A DNA stretch of 64,000 nt from Antedon mediterranea (GCF_964355755.1 NC_092678.1:24321365-24385364), one strand, 5' to 3'; shown: positions 30,879 through 44,935, numbered from the stretch's first letter. Translations and numbers: made by a program. Notes: generated by a model from the sequence alone, not told the origin.

Positions 30879-32338
30879 ATCTACAATTTATAGCGTCGAT
30901 TTGTGATCATGCGCATCAGGTATAATCTACAATTAGTAGCGTCGATTTGTGATCATGCGCATCTGGTATAATCTACAATTTAGTAGAGTCGATTTGTGAT
31001 CAAGCGCATCAGGTATAATTTACAATTAGTAGCGTTGATTTGTGATCATGCGCATCTGGTATAATCTACAATTTAGTAGCGTTGATTTGTGATCATGCGC
31101 ATCAGGTATAATCTACAATTAGTAGCGTCGATTTGTGATCATGCGCATCAGGTATAATCTACAATTTAGTAGCGTCGATTTGTGATCATGCGCATCTGGT
31201 ATAATCTACAATTTAGTAGCGTCGATTTGTGATCATGCGCATCTGGTATAATCTACAATTTAGTAGCGTCGATTTGTGATCATGCGCATCAGGTATAATC
31301 TACAATTAGTAGCGTTGATTTGTGATCATGCGCATCTGGTATAATCTACAATTTAGTAGCGTCGATTTGTGATCATGCGCATCAGGTATAATCTACAATT
31401 TAGTAGCGTCGATTTGTGATCATGCGCATCTGGTATAATCTACAATTTAGTAGCGTCGATTTGTGATCATGCGCATCAGGTATAATCTACAATTTAGTAG
31501 CGTTGACTTGTGATCATGCGCATCAGGTATAATCTACAATTTAGTAGCGTCGATTTGTGATCATGCGCATCTGGTATAATCTACAATTTAGTAGCGTCGA
31601 TTTGTGATCATGCGCATCTGGTATAATCTACAATTTAGTAGCGTCGATTTGTGATCATGCGCATCAGGTATAATCTACAATTTAGTAGCGTTGACTTGTG
31701 ATCATGCGCATCTGGTATAATCTACAATTTAGTAGCGTCGATTTGTGATCATGCGCATCAGGTATAATCTACAATTTAGTAGCGTCGATTTGTGATCCTG
31801 CGCATCAGGTATAATCTACAATTTAGTAGCGTCGATTTGTGATCATGCGCATCAGGTATAGTCTACAATTTAGTAGCGTCGATTTGTGATCGTGCGCATC
31901 TGGTATAATCTACAATTTAGTAGCGTCGATTTGTGATCATGCGCATCTGGTATAATCTACAATTTAGTAGCGTCGATTTGTGATCATGCGCATCTGGTAT
32001 AATCTACAATTTAGTAGCGTCGATTTGTGATCATGCGCATCAGGTATAGTCTACAATTTAGTAGCGTCGATTTGTGATCATGCGCATCTGGTATAATCTA
32101 CAATTTAGTAGCGTCGATTTGTGATCATGCGCATCTGGTATAATCTACAATTTAGTAGCGTCGATTTGTGATCATGCGCATCAGGTATAATCTACAATTT
32201 AGTAGCGTCGATTTGTGATCATGCGCATCTGGTATAATCTACAATTTAGTAGCGTCGATTTGTGATCATGCGCATCTGGTATAATCTACAATTTAGTAGC
32301 GTCGATTTGTGATCATGCGCATCAGGTATAATCTACAA
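30879..32338. repeat. 47-bp tandem array, ~31 copies
   Basis: (ATCTACAATTTAGTAGCGTCGATTTGTGATCATGCGCATCWGGTATA)n, highly homogeneous. Confidence 0.97.
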
Positions 32339-32756
32339 CGCTGACATTGAGAATTATTTGCTCGGGTAAATAAACTGAATATAGAGATTTTAAATTGGTT
32401 TTTTTTTGTGTAATCTTGTTTAAAATGCTTGACGTTTGCGTTTTTTTGGTATAATCGGAAATCCAAGCATGAACTACTTGATTAACATCAATACAATTTC
32501 TACGTAAACATGTATTAAACTCTCTAAATCAGCGGCACGCAATGTGGCTTGGTTCCCACTAGCGCGCAACGTAAAGACGTAAGACGCAATCGAATTGACC
32601 AATCGAAACCTAGGCTTATTCCAACTTGCTTGTGATTGGTTTGCGTTACATCCTAGCATAGTCAAAATAGAAAGTTTCTTTTGACTATGATCCTAGTGAG
32701 AACCAAGCTTAAACAACATTTACATTTTACAAAAGATTATCTTGGTTTGTTTCCTA

Positions 32757-32937
32757 AAGCTTGGTTCCCACTAGAACGTAACGCAAGGACGTAAACGCAA
32801 CGCAAGCGTTTTAACCAATGACAACCGAAGTTATAGACAGTTAGCAATCACAAGCGAATAAGCCATCGCTTGTGATTGGTCAATTCACTTGCGTTGCGTT
32901 ACGTCCTTGCGTTGCGTCGCTAGTGGGAACCACGCTT
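32757..32937. mobile_element. Palindromic MITE family B (AAGCTTGGTTCCCACTAG ends)
   Basis: Long TIRs AAGCTTGGTTCCCACTAG..ACGCAAGGACGTAA; related copies at ~32545-32712, 36685-36828, 38773-38945, 39448-39588, 41641-41791. Confidence 0.8.
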
Positions 32938-33616
32938 TATGATGTTACGACATGATTTGTTGAAATATGAAACAAAATATATAAGACCCATTAGGACCTC
33001 AGCTCTATCATGGTTGGGGCTGAGCTGAGAAATAAAAAAAATAGAGCTGCCAGGTCTCTGGAAATTATACTTTATTGCCAACAAAAACAGCATAAACATA
33101 AACAATCATTATTGTTGACAAAAGGTGATAAGATTTAGTTAAAAGAAACTAATTGCACGTATACATTAACATATGAAACGAAATTATATTCTACAGGACC
33201 AGCCCACCATGTTGGGTGGAGCTAATAATTTTGAAAAAATAGAGTTGTTAGGTGCCCGGAAATTGAACTTAGAAATATGGAAAGAACATAAGTCTCCAGG
33301 ACCAGCCCCTGCCTATCCTAAATTAACTTAAATCTCTAAATATCTCTCTTATGAAAAAAAATTTAAAAAAAATTGTATTTATTTAAAAAAAAAATCCGTA
33401 GGGATTCGAACCCCAGCTAGTAGAACTGAGTGAATTCAAACAGTTACTAAGAGCACTACCCGTTATGCCACAAGTACACGAGTAATGAAGGGTGTATAGT
33501 ATAGTAGTATATTCTTAAACGCGCTTCATATTACATCATTCTAATCGTTACGTCATAACTTTCCATGACGTCATTTTGAAGAAACGAATCTAGTTTTAAC
33601 GTTGATATAAACCAGA

Positions 33617-33860
33617 GGGCCGGATAGCTCAGTTGGTAGAGCGTCGTGGAACACGATATCATGGGTTCAAACCCCATGCCGGTCGGTGGAAAAGAGTTAA
33701 ATCTATGCGAGCTTCTGTGTTTGGGGTTCACAGATTTAAACGTCCCCCTTTCCACCACACATTATGAGGCGATAACATCAAAGCATCTGATGTGTGGTAC
33801 CCCCAAGGCTGTGAGAGAGCCTTACCGTGCTAGAGGCAAGGGAGCACACCATATTTTTTT
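33617..33860 (+). mobile_element. tRNA-derived SINE-like element
   Basis: GGGCCGGATAGCTCAGTTGGTAGAGCG (A box) ... GGGTTCAAACCCC (B box) with no proper anticodon arm, followed by unrelated body. Confidence 0.6.
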
Positions 33861-34151
33861 TCTGTGGCTTTCCACCGCCTTTCGATATCGTAAATTTTAT
33901 GTTTGGCGCCCTCAATTTTAAGAACATCTAAGTTATGTCAGAAAATTAGGAACAAATAATAGAAATGTGTAAAGGTGCCGATGGGATGCCGAGCCTGGCT
34001 AGTATATTCTCTCTATTTGTTTAATTACGTATGCATTTTATAATAAATAATTTCAAAAAAGTTTTTTAAAAAGTGTTATTGTGTTTCTTACAATAATGTA
34101 TGAAATTTCAAAACTTGGATTGGTTGAGTACGCATACTTAAGTATATTTTT

Positions 34152-34277
34152 CTACAATTTAGTAACGTCGATTTGTGATCATGCGCATCAGGTATAATCT
34201 ACAATTTAGTAACGTCGATTTGTGATCATGCGCATCAGGTATAATCTACAATTTAGTAGCGTCGATTTGTGATCAGG
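34152..34277. repeat. Detached remnant of the 47-bp array (~2.7 copies)
   Basis: Same monomer and orientation as 30879-32338. Confidence 0.9.
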
Positions 34278-34944
34278 TTAAATAGATTGAGAAACATTTA
34301 AAATAAAAAGGGGTTACTGGAATAATGGGGGTGCTGATGGAGCGTCTAGGTAAACGTGATGTTTGGATGATGAGGACATAAGGCTATTGATTTCAAATGA
34401 ATACAAATAGTGAATTAGTTTATTTATTTTATTAAAAACTTGAATAATAATTCAGGTGCATTATATGCTACACTGATGAAACGAAATGAATACTATATTT
34501 AGATAAAAATTGCACATAAAAATGAATACAGACAAATATATACATTAATACAGAATGCAAACAGTGACAGTGGTTGTCCGTCGTACAAACTTCAGTTTCC
34601 GCGCGCGTATGCGCGTTTAAGACGTATGCGCAACGCAAATAATCTGACCAATCACAAGCGTCGTATTGCACAACGTTTACACATTTTCTTTTTACATTTT
34701 CCTTTTATGTAATTAAAATATAAAATCACCCGTTTTTAAAAAATCCTTGATAAAAATTCGTAATTGAGAGAAAGAATCTTTTCCGTGAGACCTTGATGAA
34801 AAATATCGTTGTTCTGGGTAAATGTATCTTAAATAAAAATACAATTTGATGGTAAACTTTGCCATCAGAATTTCAAATCCGTTTCCATATTATATGTATA
34901 CGTTGATAATAGGTTATTACATTTATATCCTGGATTCGTTCTAT

Positions 34945-37900
34945 TTATTGCGTTTGTTTCATTTCTTTCATCTCCAACTTCTCCTCCTCATTCTGTGACG
35001 TCATATCGTCCATGTCCAGCTCATATATATCATTGTCTACACTCATCCTGTTGAATAAAGAAAAACAGACAATGACTGAATTGTTAATGTTACACCAGTC
35101 TCTCTATTTGGAAAGAATGGGCTTTTGTGAACTCCTCTGTGTGTGCGAAGCATTGGTCTACAACAACATGAGAAGAAAATTAGAATTTCTTTAAAAGTTA
35201 TATTTATTTCTATTGTTTTCGGCGAACAAAAATACACGAAGTGTCACTGAAAGTGGTGGAGGGGGTGTGGAGGGGGAGACACAGAAGGTTAAAGGTTCCT
35301 GTAGCCGATTGGGCGTGCCGACTTCGCTTCTTAATTTTTTAAAATCTTTTCTCTGACATTTCGTCATTACTATTTTAGTTATGGATTTTTTCTCAATGAT
35401 TCTTACTTTTCTGAAAGGTCATCTTTCTGCGACATTTCTTCAATAGAATCTTCGTATTCTAAAAATATTCTCGCTCTGTTGACAAAGTAAATTGTAATCA
35501 ATATTTTTTTTATCTTGTTTTTTATCGTGACATGATCACGTTAATGACATTATATCACGTTTTATGTTTTCATATTATTTCATTTTCATATTTCTTACTT
35601 TGTAAACAAGTATACATGTACAGTTTTGTTGTTGTAAATATCGATGACATCAATAAGTTGACGCACATCATGCTTACCGTTGAACGACTAAAACGATGAA
35701 GAATACGAAAGCCACAGCTAAAGCAGTTGCCATGACAATAGACGCTACGACCGCTGGTAAAACGCCTATTGCTGTAAAGAAAACAAAACAATTGATAATT
35801 TGACCAGTACTTTAAATACATAAATGTTCAGCGCATTGAGAGCTTGCTTATATGCGCTATATAAGAATGAACTATTATTATTATTATTATAAATGAATAT
35901 CAACAGTTAGATTTCATCGCAAAAAAATTATTTAGAAAAAACAAGACTTACTGTCGTCTGCTCCAACTTTGTTATGTTTAGACTCTGTGTTGCCTATAAA
36001 ATGAAAAGAAAGGTAAAACATGATTTTAAAATAAATCAATTAATGCACCCAATACAAATCATGTAGATATTATGAAAGTAATAATATGAGTAAAGTTTAT
36101 CATCATCGTCATCATCGTCATCACTTTTTCATTATCGTCATCATCGTCATCACTTTTTCATTATCGTCATCATCGTCATCACTTTTTCATTATCGTCATC
36201 ATCGTCACTTTTTCATTGACGTCATCCTTCTTCGTTATCGCATTTTACCGTCTTCCACTTTTTCATTTGCGACACAACCGATGACCAACCTAGGTGGTCA
36301 GGTCAATCGACATTGGTCGTCGTCTGACGTAGAAACCATCAAACCTGTGTCGACGCGAGGTCCTAATATCCCGGCATGCTCCCATCAACATTATTTTCAT
36401 CAGTTTTTCTTTTTCAAAGATGTATCGTCGTCAAAAATCACATGAAAAAAAAAGAAATTAATGCTTACTTATACATTCTAGTAATACTGCGCTCCATTGT
36501 CGGTCAGCACCACACGTGACCTCAGCTAGCCCTTCTAACTGGAATCTATCTTGGCAACTGTAAGTAACCGTGGTACCAATAAAATAAAAGTCTTGTTCCG
36601 GATTAAAAGTAGCGTTGTTAACTTCGGGCGGTTGTTGTTCACACACAGCTAAAGTTGAAAAGGAATAAGTATGAAATGTTGTAAAGTTGGGTTCCCACTA
36701 GGACGCAACTCAACGACGTAAGCGCAACGCAAGAAACGTTGACCAATCACGACACGATGGATAATTCTGTTGCTTGTGATTGGTCAACACATTTTCGTGC
36801 GTCCAACAAGTGAGAGAACCAATCTTAACATGATGTGTGCGCGGTTATTGTGCTATTTCTGTCAGACTTTCATTGAAGTCTCATTTTGTGAAAAGTAATG
36901 TTTTCTCCTACCACACATACATCATTCCCAAAATCTCCAAAATGCACACCCTACCAAACCCACTCAGCTCATCACCCTAGCGCATGACGTACATAAACAT
37001 CACATGGACTCACACGCGCACATCTTTCAAATAGATGCACAGCGCACGTACGTTTACATTGTAACGGTTTTTCTATCCAACTGCAAGTTGTCTGACAGGT
37101 CCACGTCTCTTCGCTGCTGCCGCCATTTTGAGGGCGGTACCCAGGCGCACAAGATATTTTCACTTGTTCATAGGGTGCGTAATACTGTTTATCGGGAACC
37201 AGCCGAAGACTTTCTGTCATTATTGGCCTCGTACAATTTGCTACAAAAACAAAAGTTTACATCAATACACACCTAATATGTAAATGAGTTTCACACCTGC
37301 CTACACGCTTAGAATGCGGTAGGCCTACTTGCCATTCGATGCTTAACGGCTTTAGTAGGAAAGTGAATATAGAAAATGTGGAATTTATTGATATTTGTTT
37401 AGAAAAAACAATCATGGATTGATATTGGGAATTATAAAACTGTACTGCGATTGTCTTATTATGGTGGATTATAATATTGTAACCGTTTCTTTGTGTGGAT
37501 ATTTTACAAGCAAGCCGGTACAGCATTTCGTGAAGTTGATAGGGTAAGTTCTGTATTGTTTACCTCCGCCAAGGAGGTATGTAATCGATCGCGTGTGTCT
37601 GTCTGTTTGTTTGCAGGATTACTCAAACAATTATTATTATTATTAGTAGTAAGATCTTTACAAAAATGAAACTACAGATAGATATGTGGTCAAGGACCAC
37701 TCCATTAAATTAGAGGCAATCCAGACCACAGTCCCAATTCTAGACCACTTTTTATTTTCAGACCTGCTAGTGTTAAAAGATTTGAGAAAATATTCAAAAG
37801 CAGGCGAACAGTCTTAAGGTAACAAGTAAACTGAAATTGCATTTTCTAGAGAACTACTTGTCCAAAAAACTTCATTGTTGTACAAGAGGCAAGAGTTATA

Positions 37901-39872
37901 ATTTGTCATTTGTAATTTTAAAAGATAATTGATTTAATGTACAGGTTTGTTTATGAGTAGTTAAAAAAAAAATATTTCTTTTTAAATTCTCCCGTTTGTT
38001 TTTGGCGTTGCTGTTCTATTGTTAGTCAACTGAATCTATTGTTATTTGAAAGGCTGGTTACATAACCATAACACCGAACTTGCATAGGCCTACATATGGT
38101 TGTAGTGAAATTAGCCTATTCACACAAAAAAAAAAAAAATTTCTGGTAAAATCTTATGTAGGTGAATTTTAAAGTAGGCGGAGGTATGCACACTCGGAGT
38201 GGCGTTTTAGTTATCATTAGTAGTCGGTCGGTAATGCGGCTTCTCAATAATCAATTGGTATTTGAAGAAATATAGTTTCAGCTGGTACTGTGTATATGAT
38301 TGATAATGTGATTGAGTTACTGTACTTACTTCTACACTCTATACCAGCTCTGCGTTCATCGTTACCTTTACACGTGTTATCGTCATCTTGCGCAAGCTCA
38401 AATTCGCATTCATCGAGCGTAGTCTCATTACCATGACAACTGTAGTAGCGTACTTTTATTGGTACACTCGATGCTTTTTTAAAACCGGCATATGTAGCTT
38501 CCAGCAATGCTGTCTGTGCCGGGCAGGCATACAGCTGGTTACAAGCTACGTCTGCTTCTGGCTTCTCCCATCCCGAAGGGCAAATTGCACCCCATTCGTC
38601 GTTTATATATTTTTCTAGCATGCCTTCTCTTTCGTGGCCTTCAGTTTGAAAAATCAAACGAAAATCTAAATAAAACAAACATTGGAAAAACTAATGATAC
38701 TTTTTAAAAAATTCATTCCATTGCCCGATTTAAAAGCTTTTTGGGCACAGAATTAGAGTATGGATACTTTTTAAGCTTGTTTCCTAGAACGCAACGCAAT
38801 GACGTAATTAAACCTCAACTAATTTGACCAATCACAAGGCGATTGATCATCTGAACTGTCGCTTGTATTTTGGTCAACTCATTTGCGTCGTGCGTACGTC
38901 TTTGTGTTGCGCGTACGTGTTTGAGTTGCGTCAAATTGAAACCATTTTTTAAAACCATCATAGTCAATTAAACACCCTCTTACCATGACAATCAGCTTTT
39001 GCTATATCTTCACATGAGTTTATCTCTTTTATGCATGAATCACCAGCCGAATCACTGCTCAGGCATTCCCAGTCAATGCTTGCGAATTTTGAATTATCGC
39101 CTGATGAAACAAGTTGCCGACTTATTGCGTCACTTCCATGAACGCTCTGGCAGACGAAATGCGCAGATTCAATCGACCAGGGGTTTGCGCAGATTGGTAT
39201 CCACTTAGAACCATACCTTACTCGTACAGTTGATGTTAGTTCTGGGTAGTTGTCAAAGCAAAATGCAAAAGGTGTTCCTAATAATAAATAAAATCATATT
39301 AAAACTGAGTAGGCTTAAGGTATATAATTATTACTGTACTGTATATTCAGATGGATACATCATTTATATATAAACCATTCGATGGTATAGGCCTACTCGG
39401 TAGTGTATGTACAGTTTGTTCTAGATCACATATGATACTGCGCGTTAAGTTTGGTTCCCACATTATAGATACGCAACGCATGCGAGTTGACAAGCAACAG
39501 TGTTCGAATAATCCATCGCTTATGATTGGTCAAATCACTTACGTAGGCCGGGTTGCGTACTTGTGTTTGCGTCTCTAGTGGGAACCATGGAATTTATATT
39601 TTGTATAACCAGCAGGAATGAGTGTATACATTTCACTCTTTTCTGGTATAACCCAATAATTAATTGTTCAAAAAATCGTTATATCAGACAGTAGTGACCA
39701 GTTGACCTTCGAATTAAGCCAAAGGAAGAAAGTTAATCCAACGGTAGGCACAAGAAATAAAACAATAGAAAAGTTACTTACCAACCGGCACTTGGTCTTT
39801 ACATGAATTGCTTTTAGTTTCAGCTACACTGATAAAACTTAACATCAACGTTAAACCTACAATTGCTTTCAT
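34945..39872 (-). CDS. Type I membrane receptor: signal peptide - 2 SRCR - 2 CCP/sushi - TM - acidic tail
   Basis: MKAIVGLTLMLSFISVAE (39872); divergent SRCR exon ~38984-39278 (VRYGSKWIPICANPWSIESAHFVCQ); SRCR ~38330-38666 (EGMLEKYINDEWGAICPSGWEKPEADVACNQL...CHGNETTLDEC..AGIEC); CCP exons ~37050-37240 and ~36470-36648; TM exon ~35678-35771 (VLPAVVASIVMATALAVAFVFFIVLVV); tail exons ~35407-35475 and 34945-35048. Confidence 0.85.
37560..38212 (+). mobile_element. HINE/DINE-1-like Helentron-associated element
   Basis: 5' TTACCTCCGCCAAGGAGGT hairpin plus GTCT/GTTT microsatellite; 3' inverted GGCGGAGGTA (~38177) followed by short hairpin CACTCGGAGTG and T-rich end. Confidence 0.65.
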
Positions 39873-40831
39873 CGTTTCTTTATCGTTTCTTTATCGTTTA
39901 AAATAATATCCAATTATATATCCGTACGCGCGCGTGTTAATTGCGTACGTAGCGTATGTTCGCCAGCGTTGTTATGATCGTCGTTTGTATGTCCTGTACT
40001 GTTGGTCTGTCAAGTCATTCCGAGTGTATATGCAGGAAAGACATGCATTGTCAAGTACGGCATCATTTCCTTTCGGACGTGTCATTCCATGTTTCCGTGT
40101 GGTTCTTGGTGGTATATACCAATGCACAAGGAAAAGGTTATGTTTGTCAACTGTCAAAATGAATGTCATTGTTATTCAATATTTTTTCAACAAAAACGAA
40201 AAATAACACAATCACGAATTGTTAACATAACACTTTTTTTAAATTGCGGTTCTAAGTTCTCTATTCGATTGCGACGAAATATACGAATTAAAAGCAAATA
40301 ACACCAAGTGGTGTTTATTATTTAGAATTATTTTTTCATTTTTTTTTTAAAAGGTCGAAAGTTACATATAAACATAGTCGGAGTAAACCATAGTTTTATT
40401 TCTATTTGGCCCATTTATTGAACTGATACAAAGTTTCCGCAGTAGTTGCTCGAAGGGACCGTTCAAAATGTTCAGAAACATATCATAATGTGGATGATGG
40501 CCCTAATTTATTTCTAATCTTAAGTCGGTGTGGTCTACCATACAGTTTCGTAATAATTGTTCTGAGCATCTGTCTTTAGAATTAATTTTGATAGTTGATT
40601 GTGTATTTTTGTTTTTTTAATTGGTTTAGGCCTAATCACGTCTAGATAAAGTTAATATCATTTTACGTATATAATTATTTAGCTTATCTGTTTAGAATTT
40701 ATTTTCATAAAGTGTGTAGAAATTCATTCTATTTTAGACCGTTATTCAGAGAATTTTATATGGTTTTAGCTTAATTGGTCCATCGGGTTTATTGCAAATA
40801 CCTTGTTTCGCGAGGAACGTCGTTGCACAAT

Positions 40832-40937
40832 GCATGATGGGAAGGGTTTGTGAGCAAACCTCACGGCGCGTACGTAAGCCTACAAACAAATCACGTACGT
40901 ACTCGTGACGTTTGCTCCCAAACCCTTCCCATCATGC
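40832..40937. repeat. Inverted repeat (small MITE-like hairpin)
   Basis: GCATGATGGGAAGGGTTTGTGAGCAAACCTCACG / CGTGACGTTTGCTCCCAAACCCTTCCCATCATGC. Confidence 0.7.
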
Positions 40938-43101
40938 GTCACGCACGCTATTTGAGATAAACCTTATTATATAACGAATCTTCTTTTCTGTACTAATTGT
41001 AAAAAAGATGTCAATGAATATTACCTAGTTTAATCCCTCAGTCGTCACTACTTTCTGTGACGTACGTCTGTATCGTGTGTGAGCCCTCTATATCGTATAT
41101 CGTAATGGCCCTCTGTTGTATTACATTTATTAAAAGTGAAATAGAACAATTTTTTCATATTCATTTTATTATTTGTTGTTTATAACATTCCCGGATGTTC
41201 ATTACGTTTCATTGCTATTATTATAGAGGCCCGTGATAGCTATTTTCTCACGAACTTCGGTTTCGATGGAACACTAATGTTTAATAAAATTTACACAAAT
41301 TAGTTATTAAAGTTTTTATTGGAAAAATAGTTGTATTTAGTATTTAGTTGTAAGTATATAGAAAATGGTTTAACATGGAAAGTAAAACATGCGATTTGTC
41401 ACGCTACGTTTTTCCGATTTATGAAAAAGTGTTTCATCAAGTGTTTCATATGATGCTGCTGATATCGCGTTATCAATTATTATTGATTCGCAAAATTATG
41501 ACGATTTCTCTTTTCCAAAATTAAAACATTTTCAAAAACAATTGTTGAACAGAGTTCGTCATACGTTTCTGAACAATTATGACGGCGATAGCGCCCCATA
41601 GATAACAGAATACTGTATCACGGTCCATGAGGTGTATTTAAGCTTGGGTAATAACACAAGGACGTAAGGTGCAACGCAAGTGATTTTACCAATCACAAGC
41701 GATGGATTATTCAAATTTTCTCTTGTCATTGGTCAAGCCGCTTCTTACTTTGTACGTACGTCCTTGAGTTATACATTGTAGTGAGAACCAATTAAAAAAA
41801 ACCCGGACGGAAAATGAAAGAAAAGTAGTATAGTAGATCATCAGCAGCGTGTGAAACTTCAAACCATCGTATTTTAAAACAATTACAACAATGCCAATGC
41901 ATTAGTATGATACGTCGTACATCAGACAATTCGTAGTTGAATTTACTGACTCATGAAATATGTTCAAAATCAGTATTTTCTATTCACACAAAGACAGCAG
42001 CCTCATTAGTGCCAACATCTTGCGATTTCAGGGTTGGGTTGTTGTTGGATATGTTTTGTAATATTGTTTTTGTATTCGGCAGAAAAAAATTCCAACAGAA
42101 ATCTCTTTCGATATTAATCAATAGTTTCCTCTGTATATGTTATTGTTTCCGATATGATATAGCTAATGATCGGTTTGCACTTAGAAAAAGGTTAAAATCA
42201 TTTTATATGGCTTAGAGCTTAAGTTCCGTGTCTGAATATATTATTTAAATATAGAATATAACATTTAAAAGATCTATAATGTGCAATTATCGCATATTTA
42301 TCCATAAGACAATGATTATAAATTATGACGTCATTACGTAGGCCTATGGATACTTCTTTTAATAGACAATAATATTTAGGTATGTCCTTTCTAATATTAA
42401 AAACTATACACGAAAATGTAAATTACTGTTGCTACGGTGACATTTACGTCCTATACCTTGTGTTACAAAATCTTCATAAAAATCTATATTGAAATATAAC
42501 ATAGCATTATACAAATATAACATGACATTTATATACAATACTGAAACATTATTGCACTAATCATAGCAAAATATTAGCCCCTTAATCTATTTCAGGAAGA
42601 GCCTAGAATTCTAAAAATAATATTAATTTACCCCTAACCATGTTTTCTAATTTTAACTCTTTATAATAAAACACTGTCCATATTACCGGTATACCAACAT
42701 CTAACCTATAGCCTATATTCATTATCTACAACATGTTTGCACTTAATTTATCATGGGTACCTGCTAGCTGTTTTAATTGGTTTGAAGAGTTAGACAATGT
42801 ATGTTGCGTGTTAGCTTATAGTTGATCATTATTAATGCATTATACAGTACAGTATTAGTTATTGAAACAAGTGTTCACATTTGTATTCTTCTTCATTATC
42901 TGAGTAGTTAAGTATGCCTATACTAAGTAGGACGGAAATAAGTAAAAAGTAATACATTTAAAAAAACTGTATTGATGATAACTGACGAATATAAATAAGA
43001 AAAAAGTCTCAAGATAAGTATGAAAGAATAAAACGTGACTTAATGATTTCTGAGTTTGGAATCAAGAAATAGAAAAAAAGGCCTATGCATTTACCGCCTG
43101 A

Positions 43102-44406
43102 CTACTTTTCTAAAACATGATATACCGGTTCAGGTGCATGCATTTCATATCGAGTGTTCAGGCTGCTTTCATTTGTTGCTCCCTTGTTGTTATTCTTGTT
43201 TGGGATGGCATATAGAGGCATTTGGCTAACATCGGTGGTAGTCTTGTTTGTTGTACTTTCATCACGCTTTTTACCAATTTCTTGGAGACTAATTTTAATT
43301 TCCGACTTCTTAACAACTATTGCAACAATAATACCAATAATTAACAGCACTACCAGGCATCCAATAACCCATTTTACCCAAATCAGATCTGCTACCTCGT
43401 CGTCGTCTTCAGGTTGTTCAGAAGTGACGTTTAGATAAGCTTGTCCTACACCAACCGCATTTTCAATCTCGCATTTAAGCATAAGATCAGTATTCATTTT
43501 GTCCATCAATGTCAAAGAACTACTTGTGTTGTTTAGCATCTCACAAGAGTCAATTGACGAGTTTGATCTGTTCTCTGAGGTTAGGCAAACTCTCCATCGA
43601 AAAGAAACGTCACTTGGATATGGAGTTGTTGTACTTGTACACTTAAATTCGCTTCCCTTAACCTCTTTGATCTCTGCTTGTGGTTTCACCAACATAGACG
43701 TTGAGCAGTTGACGGGCTCTGGCAACATATGATGAAGCACCACGCACCAGAATCTCCCGCCATCTAATCCACTGACATTAACTTGGAAACTATGTTTGAC
43801 GTCATCAATGGCATTTGATTGTGTTTTGTCAACTGATATAAGAGGAACCGATTGACCTTCTGCAGATTTCAAGATTGTGATGTTTACAACGATATTTGAA
43901 CCGATGTCAGCGGAACAGGTTAGGTTGAGATCCTGAGTAATTTCGTCGGGAGTTTGGCTATTTAAAGCAATGCGTGGTGTTTGAAACAGTTGGCATTCAA
44001 CAGAAGGAGAGTTATGTAAAAAACCCACTGTTAGTGTTATGCCACATGCAAGTATATCTCCGTTCAGTTGGCAAATATAGGTACCTTCGTCTCTACGCTC
44101 TACGTCTTTTATTATCAGTTCATATGTTCTTCCAATAGATTCTGGCGTGGTGTACTTAATCACTTGTTTACCATTTTTTAGATATTGAAGTTCTTTGTCA
44201 ATAGGTTTTTCATATAATAACCATTGTACGTCTGTTGCTCTACTTTTAAATGCTGTGCATTCTAGTGTGACTGACGGTTGCCCATCAATTGCATACACGT
44301 GACCATTCTCAGCTTCATCTCTTATGGCACATGATAATTCAATTGTTAAAATACTGATAATAAGATGCAAGTTATCCAATCTAAAATTTATTCTAGATTT
44401 CTTCAT
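43102..44406 (-). CDS. Single-exon Ig-superfamily receptor A (signal, 3 Ig domains, TM, Tyr-containing tail)
   Basis: Uninterrupted ORF; VTLEC..VQW..YELIIKDVERRDEGTYIC (V/I-set), LTC..FWC, FKC..FRW..LKCEIENAVG; TM WVIGCLVVLLIIGIIVAIVV; first true ATG at 44406. Confidence 0.92.
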   Translation of the reverse strand: MKKSRINFRLDNLHLIISILTIELSCAIRDEAENGHVYAIDGQPSVTLECTAFKSRATDVQWLLYEKPIDKELQYLKNGKQVIKYTTPESIGRTYELIIKDVERRDEGTYICQLNGDILACGITLTVGFLHNSPSVECQLFQTPRIALNSQTPDEITQDLNLTCSADIGSNIVVNITILKSAEGQSVPLISVDKTQSNAIDDVKHSFQVNVSGLDGGRFWCVVLHHMLPEPVNCSTSMLVKPQAEIKEVKGSEFKCTSTTTPYPSDVSFRWRVCLTSENRSNSSIDSCEMLNNTSSSLTLMDKMNTDLMLKCEIENAVGVGQAYLNVTSEQPEDDDEVADLIWVKWVIGCLVVLLIIGIIVAIVVKKSEIKISLQEIGKKRDESTTNKTTTDVSQMPLYAIPNKNNNKGATNESSLNTRYEMHAPEPVYHVLEK

Positions 44407-44744
44407 TTCCACTAAATTTCTATTTTATTGGAGAAACTTTGATCATGATACAGTGGCACGTCACACCATACGATCATTCTTTTCAATTGCTGTGAAATCA
44501 CTCTGTTTGGGCGTCTGAACGACGTCTTTTCTCAGTTATATAGATTTATTGTAGGCGTTTCTAATAAAAAATAATTAAAGACAGAAACAAAAGTGAGAAA
44601 TTGTAATGGTTGTCAGTTTGATTTGAAATTTACAGTACGACATTTGTATTAGGCTCTTTACGAAATCGCAGTACAGTGCATCATATCTCACTTGGACATG
44701 GCCCTCCTACGAACAGTACCATGGAGAAATGATTTATGGTAGTG

Positions 44745-44935
44745 TAACACTCTGCCCATCAGGTCAAGAACCCTTTTTCACTATTTCTCCCTACTCCAGC
44801 TATTAACATTCCTAGTGGTTTCTTCCTGTTCCTAGGTACTCTTTGTTCACTCTGCTATAACCCACATCATTAATCAGTCACTGTTTCCTCATCGTCAAGG
44901 AATGTTTCCTTGTTCCCCTCCCAGAACATGCATAT
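44745..44935 (+). repeat. ~190-bp direct repeat, copy 1
   Basis: Near-identical to 46272-46469. Confidence 0.9.

Noticed and set aside
30879-32338. CRISPR-like array
   Set aside because: Monomers abut with no unique spacers, no cas genes, eukaryotic context; it is a satellite
36086-36445. His-rich ORF
   Set aside because: Derived from a ~30-bp intronic tandem repeat, antisense to the SRCR gene
43154-43732. Antisense ORFs over Ig genes (also 47499-47840)
   Set aside because: Shadow frames of the real ORFs with no recognisable features
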